The notes under the pieces were generated by a model that saw only the letters and a program-made list of their open reading frames with translations, was not told the DNA's origin and made no database searches. Shown here one piece after another: positions 14,761-22,767 of a DNA stretch of 32,000 nucleotides; within the stretch, counting starts at the first letter, position 1, and the number at the start of each line of letters is the position of its first letter. Position numbers and translations under genes: made by a program. Origin of the DNA: Cupriavidus necator (GTDB lineage: Bacteria > Pseudomonadota > Gammaproteobacteria > Burkholderiales > Burkholderiaceae); assembly GCF_016127575.1 (NCBI RefSeq), contig NZ_CP066020.1:270001-302000 (forward strand), read 5' to 3'.

Positions 14761-16791
14761 CTAGGCAGCGAGCTGGTCTCGCTTGCGGGCGAGGATCTCT
14801 TCGTCGCAGCGCGGGCAGAACGGATGCTCGCCGGCGAGGTAGCCATGTGTGGGGCAGATCGAAAACGTCGGCGTCACTGTGATGTACGGCAGGCGGAAGC
14901 GCGTCAGCGCGCGCCGCACCAGTTCGCGGCAGGCCTCGCCGCTTGATAGGCACTCGCCCATATATAGATGCAGCACCGTGCCGCCGGTATACCTGGCCTG
15001 CAAATCCTCTTGCCGCGCCAGTGCCTCGAAGGGGTCCTCGGTCCAGCCGACCGGCAGTTGCGAGGAGTTTGTGTAGTAGGGCTGCTCAGCCGTACCGGCC
15101 TGGCGGATATCCGGCCAGCGCTTGCGATCTTCGCGGGCAAATCGGTACGTAGCCCCTTCGGCTGGGGTAGCCTCGAGGTTGTAGAGGTGGCCGGTTTCCT
15201 GCTGGAAGGCCACGATGCGTTCGCGCACGTGTTCGAGCAGGCGCAGCGCGAAGGCATGGCCCCACTCCGATGTGATGTCGTGCCGATCCGCGGTGAAATT
15301 GCGAATCATCTCGTTGACGCCATTCACGCCCAGCGTCGAAAAATGATTGCGTAAGGTGCCGAGGTAGCGCTTCGTATAGGGGAACAGGCCCTGGTCCATC
15401 AGGTGCTGGATCAGCTTGCGCTTGTTCTCCAGGCTCTGCTTGCCCAGTTCGAGCAGGCGATCGAGAGCGCGCAGTAGCGCCGCCTCGTCGCCGGCATGCA
15501 GGTAGCCCAGGCGTGCGCAATTGACGGTGACCACGCCAACGCTGCCGGTCTGCTCGGCACTGCCGAACAGGCCGTTGCCGCGCTTGAGCAGTTCGCGCAG
15601 GTCGAGTTGGAGCCGGCAGCACATGGAGCGCACCATATTCGGCTCCAGCTCGGAGTTGATGAAGTTCTGGAAGTACGGCAGCCCATATCTGGCCGTCATC
15701 TCGAACAGCCGCTTGGCATTCTCCGATTCCCACGGAAAATCGCGCGTGATGTTGTAGGTCGGGATGGGGAAGGTGAACACCCTGCCCTTGGCATCGCCCG
15801 CCGTCATTACCTCGATGTAGGCGCGATTGATCAGGTCCATCTCCTTCTGCAACTCGCCATAGGCGAACGGCATTTCCTGCCCGCCGATGACCGGCACCTG
15901 TTCGCGCAGGTCCTCAGGACAGGTCCAGTCGAAAGTCAGGTTGGTAAAGGGCGTCTGCGTACCCCACCGCGATGGCACGTTCAGGTTGTAGATCAGTTCC
16001 TGGATGCACTGCCGCACCTGTGCATAGGACATGGCGTCCTTGCGCACGAATGGCGCCATATAAGTGTCGAACGACGAGAACGCCTGCGCACCGGCCCATT
16101 CGTTCTGGAGTGTGCCGAGAAAATTGACGATCTGCCCCACGGCGGAGGACATGCGCTTCGGCGGCCCGGCTTCCACCTTGCCGGGCACGCCATTGAACCC
16201 CTCGTGCAGCAGCGTGCGGAGCGACCAGCCGGCACAGTAGCCGCTGAGCATATCGAGATCGTGGATATGGATATCGCCGTTGCGATGGGCCTCGCCGATT
16301 TCCGGTGTGTAGACATGGGACAGCCAGTAGTTGGCGGTGACCTTGCCCGCCACGTTCAGGATCAGTCCGCCCAGCGAATAGCCCTGGTTGGCATTGGCAT
16401 TCACGCGCCAGTCCGCCTTGCTCAGGTATTCGTTGATCGAGGCTTCCACGTCGACCAGGGCCTTGCGGTCCTGGCGCAGCCTGGCGTGCTGGCCGCGATA
16501 GGCGATAAACGCGCGCGCGGTGTTCCAGTAATTGGCGGCAATCAAGACCTGCTCGACCACGTCCTGGATCTGCTCGACGCCTGGTGTCTGGTTATGGTAA
16601 CGGTGCGCTAGGACCCTCGCCACCTGTCCGGCGAGGCTGACTGCCTGCGCATCGCCGAACTCGCCGGCCGCAGCGCCGGCGCGGCGTAAAGCCGACTGGA
16701 TCCGCTCAATGGCGAATGCCATGCTCTCGCCAGTGCGCTTGATCACCTCCCTAGGTAGGCTGGCAACAGCGGCTTCGGTACAGTGCTCCAT
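14761..16791 (-). CDS. nrdD: Anaerobic (class III) ribonucleoside-triphosphate reductase catalytic subunit; it ends after the Zn-ribbon and has no glycyl-radical motif (676 aa)
   Basis: ATP-cone-like N-terminus (VIKRTGESMAFAIERI), MCCRL thiyl-radical finger, LEATPAEG, and C-terminal CPTHGYLAGEHPFCPRC. The start is at ATG 16791, with GGGAGA upstream. The ORF track begins at TTG 16806. Confidence 0.93.
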   Translation of the reverse strand: MEHCTEAAVASLPREVIKRTGESMAFAIERIQSALRRAGAAAGEFGDAQAVSLAGQVARVLAHRYHNQTPGVEQIQDVVEQVLIAANYWNTARAFIAYRGQHARLRQDRKALVDVEASINEYLSKADWRVNANANQGYSLGGLILNVAGKVTANYWLSHVYTPEIGEAHRNGDIHIHDLDMLSGYCAGWSLRTLLHEGFNGVPGKVEAGPPKRMSSAVGQIVNFLGTLQNEWAGAQAFSSFDTYMAPFVRKDAMSYAQVRQCIQELIYNLNVPSRWGTQTPFTNLTFDWTCPEDLREQVPVIGGQEMPFAYGELQKEMDLINRAYIEVMTAGDAKGRVFTFPIPTYNITRDFPWESENAKRLFEMTARYGLPYFQNFINSELEPNMVRSMCCRLQLDLRELLKRGNGLFGSAEQTGSVGVVTVNCARLGYLHAGDEAALLRALDRLLELGKQSLENKRKLIQHLMDQGLFPYTKRYLGTLRNHFSTLGVNGVNEMIRNFTADRHDITSEWGHAFALRLLEHVRERIVAFQQETGHLYNLEATPAEGATYRFAREDRKRWPDIRQAGTAEQPYYTNSSQLPVGWTEDPFEALARQEDLQARYTGGTVLHLYMGECLSSGEACRELVRRALTRFRLPYITVTPTFSICPTHGYLAGEHPFCPRCDEEILARKRDQLAA

Positions 16792-16811
16792 ACATTCTCC
16801 CGGCAAAATTC

Positions 16812-16827
16812 ACACTAGATGCGGGGA
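16812..16827. promoter_or_regulatory. Weak NrdR box candidate ACACTAGATGCGGGGA
   Basis: 10/16 match to the palindromic NrdR consensus ACACTATATATAGTGT, with a good left half. It is offset exactly 31 bp from the stronger box, which is the typical tandem NrdR spacing. Confidence 0.3.
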
Positions 16828-16842
16828 AATCGTACGACCAAA

Positions 16843-16858
16843 ACACTATATGTAGTTT
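16843..16858. promoter_or_regulatory. NrdR box ACACTATATGTAGTTT
   Basis: 14/16 match to the NrdR consensus ACACTATATATAGTGT. It lies 52-67 nt upstream of the nrdD ATG. Confidence 0.5.
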
Positions 16859-16870
16859 GACGGCGCGCAA
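16857..16870. promoter_or_regulatory. FNR/NnrR-like box TTGAC-GGCG-CGCAA upstream of nrdD
   Basis: TTG-N8-CAA core, 7/10 match to the FNR consensus. If centred at -41.5 it predicts a TSS near 16822, with TACGAT (16834-16829, minus strand) as the -10. Confidence 0.35.
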
Positions 16871-16932
16871 ATGTATGACATGTCGGCTAGTCTTGGTCGG
16901 CGGTACGAGAGTCCGTGCCGCCGAAACGGAGT

Positions 16933-17944
16933 TCAGCGGGCAGCACCGTCGCGGTAGATCGCCGGGTCAGCTTTGCCGGCGACATCCAGCACTCCGACCA
17001 GGCCCTTGCCGGCGCGCGACAGTGCATGGTCCACCAGCAGGTAGCTGCCGGGGTATTGCACCTTCATTTCGACGATGGCGCCGCTGGGCAGCACCAGGGT
17101 GGTCTGCACATCGTGCTTGATGCCTGTGAGCGAGCCCTCGCTGTAGACCTTATCGAATACTTCACCGATTACGTGGAGCGATGAGACCTTGTTGGGACCG
17201 CCCACGCCGAATTAGATGCGCACGGGCGCGCCATGCGGCCGTGTGGTGTACATCTCGCCCTGCATCACGTAGTAGTCGCGATCGACCTTCGGCAACCCGC
17301 CCTCGGGTTCGACCAGGATCATGCCGTACATGCCGGCCGAGATATGCTGGGGCACCAGCGGCGTCGCGCAGTGGTGTGCCGTCGTCCAGATGGTCGGCCA
17401 GCTCGACCGTTTCCATGCGGTACTTCAGCGTCTGCGGCGCGCGCGTGCCGATGGGCGCGGGCATGGCGGCGGGATCGCCTGCGATGCTCCCGGCAGCCGG
17501 GTCGCGCGGGGCGATGCTGCCGCCGCCGTGTACAAGGCAGTGGCCGAGCGGCCGGCCTCGCTCTGTACCGAGGCGGGCGTCCTGGCCGTGCCACTGACCT
17601 CGAACACACCCTCCATGCCGATCTGCCGGTGCCCGGCCACGGTGCAGATGTAGGCGAATTTACCTGGCTGCGTCACGGTAAAGCGCAGTGTCGCAGGGCC
17701 GGTGCCGGCGCTGAAGCGCTTCGATGTGACATTCAGTTCGGGAATGGCAAGATCATGCTCGGCACCCTCGCCGCTGGCGATGGAGATCTCCACCGTATCG
17801 CCGACTTCCGCGCGCAGCATGGGGTTGACCTTGCCCGCCTCGCCGACGAACACCATCTTGCCGTCGATGATATTCGTTTGCAGGTTATGGCACGGCGGCG
17901 GCAATCGAAATGGAAACGGCAGAGGACAAGTGGAATGTTCTCAT
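16933..17944 (-). pseudogene. nirK: Copper-containing nitrite reductase (nirK) relic with an extra N-terminal cupredoxin domain; frameshifts, deletions and a nonsense codon
   Basis: The signal peptide MRTFHLSSAVSISIAAA is followed by a frameshift. Next comes a cupredoxin domain (GAEHDLAIPE...FAYICTVAGHRQIGMEG, an H..C..H..M type 1 Cu set). The NirK pieces [66 protein letters not shown] and VRI-TAA(17212-17214)-FGVGGPNKVSSLHVIGEVFDKVY...LLVDHAL are in different frames. About 150 aa are missing. Confidence 0.8.
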
Positions 17945-17978
17945 GATGATGTTGTTCTCGTTGTTGACTTCAACCAGG

Positions 17979-18011
17979 GCGGGTTGCCGCGGCAGGGCCG
18001 CCGCAACCCGC
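17979..18011 (-). terminator. GC-rich hairpin 27 nt after the norB stop
   Basis: GCGGGTTGCCGCGG-CAGGG-CCGCCGCAACCCGC forms a 14-bp stem with one mismatch. No U-tract follows on the minus strand. Confidence 0.35.
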
Positions 18012-18037
18012 TACTTGCTGTGATGCTGTAAATGCGC

Positions 18038-20326
18038 TTACCGCTGCGCGGCGTTCAGGCGTCCTTCGGGCGCGGCCAGCGCCGGTGCCTTGCCGAGCAA
18101 CCCAAGCACCACCTGCAACGCGAACGACACCGCGCCGACGATAAATACCACGTCGCCGAAGGTACGCACCCAGCGCAGCGTCTGCAGGATCGGCTGCTGC
18201 ATGAATTCCTCACTGCGCGCATACCAGGTGCCATGCTCGACGCTAGCCAGGAACTGGATGATGCCGACCGGCAGCAAGCTAGTCCCGATCATCAGCACCA
18301 GCCCGGCATTGAGCCCCCAGAACGCCGTCTTCATCAGCCCCGGACTGAGCCGGTAAGCCGGCCGCACATAGCGCAGCACCAGCAGCGTGAAACCCAGCGC
18401 CAGAAAGCCATAGACCCCGAACAGTGCCGCATGCGCATGCACCGGCGTGGTGTTCTGCCCCTGGATGTAGTACAGCGAGATCGGCGGATTGATCATGAAG
18501 CCAAACACGCCAGCGCCAAGCATGTTCCAGAACGCCACCGCGACAAAGCACATCAGCGGCCACTTCAGGTCTGCCATCCACGGTGCACGGTCCTTCAGGC
18601 GCCAGTTGTCCCAGGCCTCGTGGCCTAGCACGATCAGCGGCACCACTTCCAGCGCGCTGAATGCCGCGCCGACCGCCATCACCGGCGTGGTGGTACCGGA
18701 AAAGTACAGGTGATGGAACGTCCCGGGAATCCCGCCCAGCATGAAGAGCGAAGCCGAGGCCAGGCTTGCTGCAGTCGCCATCGGGCGCGACACCAGTCCG
18801 AGCGTGGAGAAAATGAAGGCCAGCGCCGTGGTGGCGAACACTTCGAAGAAGCCCTCCACCCACAGGTGGACCACCCACCAGCGCCAGTACTCCATCACCG
18901 TCAGGCTGGTGCGCTCGCCGTAGAAGAGGCCGGCGCCGTAGAACAGGCCGATCGCCACCACCGACGAGGTCAGCAGCGCCAGCAGGTTCTTGTCGCCGCC
19001 GCTGCGTGCGCGCAGGGCGGGTGCGATGCCGCGCATCATCAGCACGAGCCAGATCAGGATGCCGGCGAACTTGCCGATCTGCCACAACCGGCCCAGGTCG
19101 ACATACTCATAGCCCTGATGGCCCAGCCAGAAATTCAGGTTGGGCGGCAGCTTCTGCGCAATCGCCAGGTAGTTGCCGGTGAAGGAACCCACCACCACGA
19201 CCACCAGTGCCCAGAACAGGATGTCCACGCCGAGCCGCTGGTACTTCGGGTCCTTGCCGCCGTTGATCAGCGGCGCCAGGAACAGGCCGGCGGCAAGGAA
19301 GCCCGTCGCGATCCAGAACAACGCGCTCTGGATGTGCCAGGTGCGCACCAGCGAGTACGGGAACCACTGCGAGACATCGATGCCGTAGAACTTCTGGCCC
19401 TCGACCGTGTAGTGCGCGGTGAAGCCACCCAGGAACACCTGGAACACGAACAGCGCGACCACCAGGAACAGGTACTTGCCGAGCGCGCGTTGCGACGGCG
19501 TCAGCGCGAAGCTCAGCAACGGATCGCGCGCGGGCGCCTGCGGCAGCGCTTCTTCGTGTCCGCGCAGGAAGGCCCATGCCCACACCAGGAAGCCCACGCC
19601 GGCCAGCAGCACGACCACGCTGATCACCGACCACACCACGTTTTCGCTGGTCGGCTGGTTGCCGATCAGCGGCTCATGCGGCCAGTTGTTGGTGTAGGTT
19701 GCCTCGTGCCCCGGGCGTTCGGTGGCGGCGGCCCAGGCGGTCCAGAAGAAGAAGTGCGTCAGCTGCTGCCGGCGTTCTGCGCTCGGCAGCGTGTTCTCCT
19801 TCATGGCGAAGTGCTCGCGGCTCGTGTGCAGCTCGGGCGCATCCGAGAAGAGCTTGTCGTAGTAGCCGGCGGTGGCCGCCATTGCCTGCGCGCGCCGGTT
19901 CGAGACGGTCAGCACGCTTGTGGCCGGATCCGCCGCGTTGCCGCGGTATTCGGCCCGCAGCTGCTCGCGCAGCGCGCCCCTGGCCGCAGCGTCCAGCTTG
20001 TCGTAGGGCTTGTGGTAGGCGTCCTGCGCGGCAAGATCGAGCCACGCCGTCAGCTCGCGATGCAGCCAGTCGGCGGTCCAGTCCGGAGCCTGGTAGGCGC
20101 CGTGGCCCCAGATGGAGCCGAGCTGCATGCCGCCCACCGACTGCCAGGCGGTCTGGCCGTCGAGGATGTCTTCGCCGGTGAAGAGTGTCCGGCCGTCCGC
20201 CGCGACCACTTTGGCAGGCATCGGCGGCGCCTGGCGGTAGACCTCGGCGCCGTAATAGGCGAGCAAGGAAAACGTGACCGCCAGCACGGCGATCAGCAGG
20301 AACCAGAGTCTGCGATATGAGCCCAT
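18038..20326 (-). CDS. norB: Quinol-dependent nitric oxide reductase, single-subunit qNor (762 aa)
   Basis: The long N-terminal extension plus a 12-TM heme-copper oxidase core (HGAYQAPDWTADWLHRE..., WWVVHLWVEGFFEVF, GTFHHLYFSG, HAHAALFGVYG) is characteristic of NorB/NorZ-type qNor. Confidence 0.95.
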   Translation of the reverse strand: MGSYRRLWFLLIAVLAVTFSLLAYYGAEVYRQAPPMPAKVVAADGRTLFTGEDILDGQTAWQSVGGMQLGSIWGHGAYQAPDWTADWLHRELTAWLDLAAQDAYHKPYDKLDAAARGALREQLRAEYRGNAADPATSVLTVSNRRAQAMAATAGYYDKLFSDAPELHTSREHFAMKENTLPSAERRQQLTHFFFWTAWAAATERPGHEATYTNNWPHEPLIGNQPTSENVVWSVISVVVLLAGVGFLVWAWAFLRGHEEALPQAPARDPLLSFALTPSQRALGKYLFLVVALFVFQVFLGGFTAHYTVEGQKFYGIDVSQWFPYSLVRTWHIQSALFWIATGFLAAGLFLAPLINGGKDPKYQRLGVDILFWALVVVVVGSFTGNYLAIAQKLPPNLNFWLGHQGYEYVDLGRLWQIGKFAGILIWLVLMMRGIAPALRARSGGDKNLLALLTSSVVAIGLFYGAGLFYGERTSLTVMEYWRWWVVHLWVEGFFEVFATTALAFIFSTLGLVSRPMATAASLASASLFMLGGIPGTFHHLYFSGTTTPVMAVGAAFSALEVVPLIVLGHEAWDNWRLKDRAPWMADLKWPLMCFVAVAFWNMLGAGVFGFMINPPISLYYIQGQNTTPVHAHAALFGVYGFLALGFTLLVLRYVRPAYRLSPGLMKTAFWGLNAGLVLMIGTSLLPVGIIQFLASVEHGTWYARSEEFMQQPILQTLRWVRTFGDVVFIVGAVSFALQVVLGLLGKAPALAAPEGRLNAAQR

Positions 20327-20372
20327 GATGAGATTCTCTTGATCGTTGATTGGGTGGAACGGTGCCCTTGGC

Positions 20373-21056
20373 TCAGTCGTTTGCCCCGTGCGTGGCGGGC
20401 AGGCCCGGCTCGAACAGCACGTTGTTTTCCAGGTGGATGTGTTCCATCAGGTCTTCGCGCAGCGTGCGCAGCCCGAGGTAGAGCGCCCGCCAGGTATTGC
20501 AAGCCGCGCGAGGCAGCGTGATGTCGTTGGTGAGGTCCGCCAGCCGCTGCAATGCCGCGCCGTGGTCGTCATGCTCCATGCGCATCACGGTGATGGGCGC
20601 ACCGGCTGCGGCATGGAAGCCACGCGCGAGCATTGGGAACAGGACCTGTTCCTCCTTCTGCATGTGCGCTTCCAGCTCGCTCTGCATTTCCGCCAGGTGA
20701 TCGGCCAGCCCGAGCGGGCAGTCGGGGCGGTCGCCATGGACATGCTCCACGCGGCGCGCGAGCCGGATCAGCTCGGGCAGCTGCTCGCGATGGCGGTCAT
20801 GAAAACGCGTCTGGATATGGGCAATCAGCGCAGCGGGCGATACAGTGTTCCAGTCGTTCTCCACCGGCTCGGCGCCCCCTTGCAACGCCAGCAGGCGCGC
20901 CTCGATGGCTGTGGCATCGAGCCCTTTCTCCTGCGCCGCCTCGCGCAGCGTGTGCTTGCCGCCGCAGCAGAAATCCAGCGAATAGTCATGAAAGATCCGC
21001 GTGGCGCCGGGAATGCGGCGGGCCAACTGGCCGAGGGATTGGTCTTGCAGGGTCAT
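20373..21056 (-). CDS. norA: Di-iron RIC / YtfE / ScdA-family protein (NorA), 227 aa
   Basis: GGAGAA-N5-ATG at 21056. Motifs: RIFHDYSLDFCCGG (ScdA_N), HDRHREQLPEL, EAHMQKEEQVLFPM, MRMEHDDHG and HIHLENNVLF (hemerythrin-like di-iron ligands). The stop is 46 nt upstream of norB. Confidence 0.9.
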   Translation of the reverse strand: MTLQDQSLGQLARRIPGATRIFHDYSLDFCCGGKHTLREAAQEKGLDATAIEARLLALQGGAEPVENDWNTVSPAALIAHIQTRFHDRHREQLPELIRLARRVEHVHGDRPDCPLGLADHLAEMQSELEAHMQKEEQVLFPMLARGFHAAAGAPITVMRMEHDDHGAALQRLADLTNDITLPRAACNTWRALYLGLRTLREDLMEHIHLENNVLFEPGLPATHGAND

Positions 21057-21093
21057 GATGTTTCTCCGTCTGAAGTTACGCATGCATGACTTA

Positions 21094-21109
21094 CGCGAGG
21101 ACCGTGCCA
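21094..21109 (-). promoter_or_regulatory. Sigma-54 (-24/-12) promoter TGGCACG-GTCC-TCGC for norA-norB
   Basis: On the minus strand, TTGGCACGGTCCTCGCG compares with the consensus TGGCACG-N4-TTGC. It lies about 38-53 nt upstream of the norA ATG and downstream of the NorR boxes. Confidence 0.7.
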
Positions 21110-21126
21110 AATAAAAACCGCGCTGG

Positions 21127-21138
21127 ATCAATGGCTTA
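21127..21138. promoter_or_regulatory. Possible IHF site ATCAA-TGGC-TTA
   Basis: It matches the core of WATCAANNNNTTR. It lies between the NorR boxes and the sigma-54 promoter, where a DNA bend is expected. Confidence 0.3.
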
Positions 21139-21148
21139 CAAGACATAC

Positions 21149-21206
21149 GGTCATATTTACCTTAAAATTCGCATGGTATATTTGACCCGGACCGGTATTT
21201 ATCACC
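21149..21206. promoter_or_regulatory. Three NorR enhancer boxes GGT-N7-ACC
   Basis: GGTCATATTTACC (21149-21161), GGTATATTTGACC (21175-21187) and GGTATTTATCACC (21194-21206). All have AT-rich spacers. The third box ends one base before the norR ATG. Confidence 0.75.
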
Positions 21207-22751
21207 ATGACGCCCATGTATCCCGAGTTGCTGACCGACCTGGTCACCGACCTGCCGCATGCGGTGCGCCTGCAGCGGCTGGTCAGCGGACTACGCACGC
21301 ATTTCCGTTGCGGTGCGGTGGCGCTGCTGCGGCTGGAAGAAGAACACCTGCGGCCGGTGGCGGTCGACGGGCTGGTGCGCGATACGCTCGGGCGGCGCTT
21401 TGCGGTGAGCCTGCACCCGCGGCTTGCCGCCATCCTCGCGCGGCGCGACGTCACCTGCTTCCATCACGACAGCATGTTGCCCGACCCCTACGACGGGCTG
21501 ATCGACGAACACGTTGGTGAGCCGCTGCCGGTGCACGACTGCATGGGCACGAGCCTGCATTTGGACGGAAGGCCATGGGGCGTGCTGACGCTCGACGCGC
21601 TCACGGTCGGCACGTTCGACGCCGCCGCGCAGGCCGAGCTGCAACGGCTGACCGTGATCGTCGAAGCCGCCATCCGCACCACCCGGCTGGAGGCCGAGAT
21701 CCGCGCCCTGCAGTTGGCGCGTGGCAAACAGCCAGACGGTGAAGGGCCGGCCGACGACGGCGAGATCATCGGCCAGAGCCAGGCCATTGCCGGCCTGCTG
21801 CACGAGCTGGAGGTGGTGGCCGACACCGATCTGCCGGTGCTGCTGCTGGGTGAAACCGGCGTCGGCAAGGAGCTGTTTGCGCACCGCCTGCACCGCCACT
21901 CGCGCCGGCGCGGGCATCCGCTGGTGCACGTGAACTGCGCGGCGCTGCCCGAGTCGCTCGCCGAAAGCGAGCTGTTCGGCCACGCCCGCGGCGCGTTCTC
22001 CGGCGCGACCGGTGAGCGTCCGGGCCGCTTCGAAGCCGCCGCCGGCGGCACCCTGTTCCTCGATGAAGTCGGCGAGCTGCCACTTTCAATCCAGGCCAAG
22101 CTGCTGCGCACGCTGCAGAACGGCGAAATCCAGCGGCTGGGCTCGGACCGTCCGCGCCGCGTCAACGTGCGCGTGATCGCCGCCACCAATCGCAACCTGC
22201 GCGAGCACGTGCGCGACGGCTCGTTCCGCGCCGACCTGTTCCACCGCCTGTCGGTCTATCCGATTCCGATCCCGCCGCTGCGCGAACGCGGCAACGATGT
22301 ACTGCTGCTGGCGGGCCGCTTCCTCGAACTCAACCGCGCACGGCTCGGCATGCGCAGCCTGCGCCTGTCGGCCGCCGCGCAGGACGCGCTGCGCCGTTAC
22401 CGCTGGCCAGGCAACGTGCGCGAACTCGAGCACGTGATCAGCCGCGCCGCGCTGCGTTGCGTGAGCCGCGGCGCGGACCGGAATGACATCGTGACGCTGG
22501 AGGCGGAACTGCTGGACCTGGACGGGCTGGAATTACCGGCAGGGTCAGCCCACCATGCCGCCGAGGCGGCCATCGCGCACCCGGCGCTACCCACGGGCGC
22601 GACGCTGCGTGAGGCGGTGGAGCAGACGCAGCGAGCCTGCATCGAGCAGGCGCTGCGCGCGCATGATGGCAGCTGGGCGAAGGCCGCGCGGCAGTTGGGC
22701 ATGGATGCCAGCAATCTGCACAAGCTGGCGAAGCGGTTGGGCAGCAAGTAG
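21207..22751 (+). CDS. norR: NO-responsive sigma-54-dependent transcriptional activator NorR (GAF, AAA+ and HTH domains; 514 aa)
   Basis: N-terminal GAF-like domain, Walker A GETGVGKE, ESELFGH, the GAFSGA sigma-54 contact motif, and a C-terminal Fis-type HTH (WAKAARQLGMDASNLHKLAKRLG). Confidence 0.95.
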   Translation: MTPMYPELLTDLVTDLPHAVRLQRLVSGLRTHFRCGAVALLRLEEEHLRPVAVDGLVRDTLGRRFAVSLHPRLAAILARRDVTCFHHDSMLPDPYDGLIDEHVGEPLPVHDCMGTSLHLDGRPWGVLTLDALTVGTFDAAAQAELQRLTVIVEAAIRTTRLEAEIRALQLARGKQPDGEGPADDGEIIGQSQAIAGLLHELEVVADTDLPVLLLGETGVGKELFAHRLHRHSRRRGHPLVHVNCAALPESLAESELFGHARGAFSGATGERPGRFEAAAGGTLFLDEVGELPLSIQAKLLRTLQNGEIQRLGSDRPRRVNVRVIAATNRNLREHVRDGSFRADLFHRLSVYPIPIPPLRERGNDVLLLAGRFLELNRARLGMRSLRLSAAAQDALRRYRWPGNVRELEHVISRAALRCVSRGADRNDIVTLEAELLDLDGLELPAGSAHHAAEAAIAHPALPTGATLREAVEQTQRACIEQALRAHDGSWAKAARQLGMDASNLHKLAKRLGSK

Positions 22752-22767
22752 CAGGCTTGCCGTCGGG

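Noticed and set aside
14619-14846. The small glycyl-radical ORF frame is open upstream to 14846, which raises the possibility of a longer protein or a programmed frameshift fusion with nrdD.
   Set aside because: The upstream codons translate to low-complexity Ser/Ala/Leu sequence across an AT-richer spacer. Entering this frame before the nrdD stop would delete the conserved Zn-ribbon. A strong AAGGAG-N7-ATG sits at 14618.
15496-16611. A 371-aa plus-strand ORF antisense to nrdD.
   Set aside because: It has no motifs and is an antisense shadow of a confidently assigned CDS.
17958-17978. An FNR-like sequence TTGTTGACTTCAAC upstream of the nirK relic.
   Set aside because: The TTG and CAA cores are not separated by 8 nt in any register, so it does not fit the TTGAT-N4-ATCAA geometry.
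18710-20320. A 536-aa plus-strand ORF antisense to norB. Several other ORFs of 200-270 aa also lie within 18038-20326.
   Set aside because: The composition is dominated by R, Q, H, G and A, with no recognisable motifs. It lies entirely inside the strongly supported norB CDS on the opposite strand. It is a GC-driven shadow ORF.
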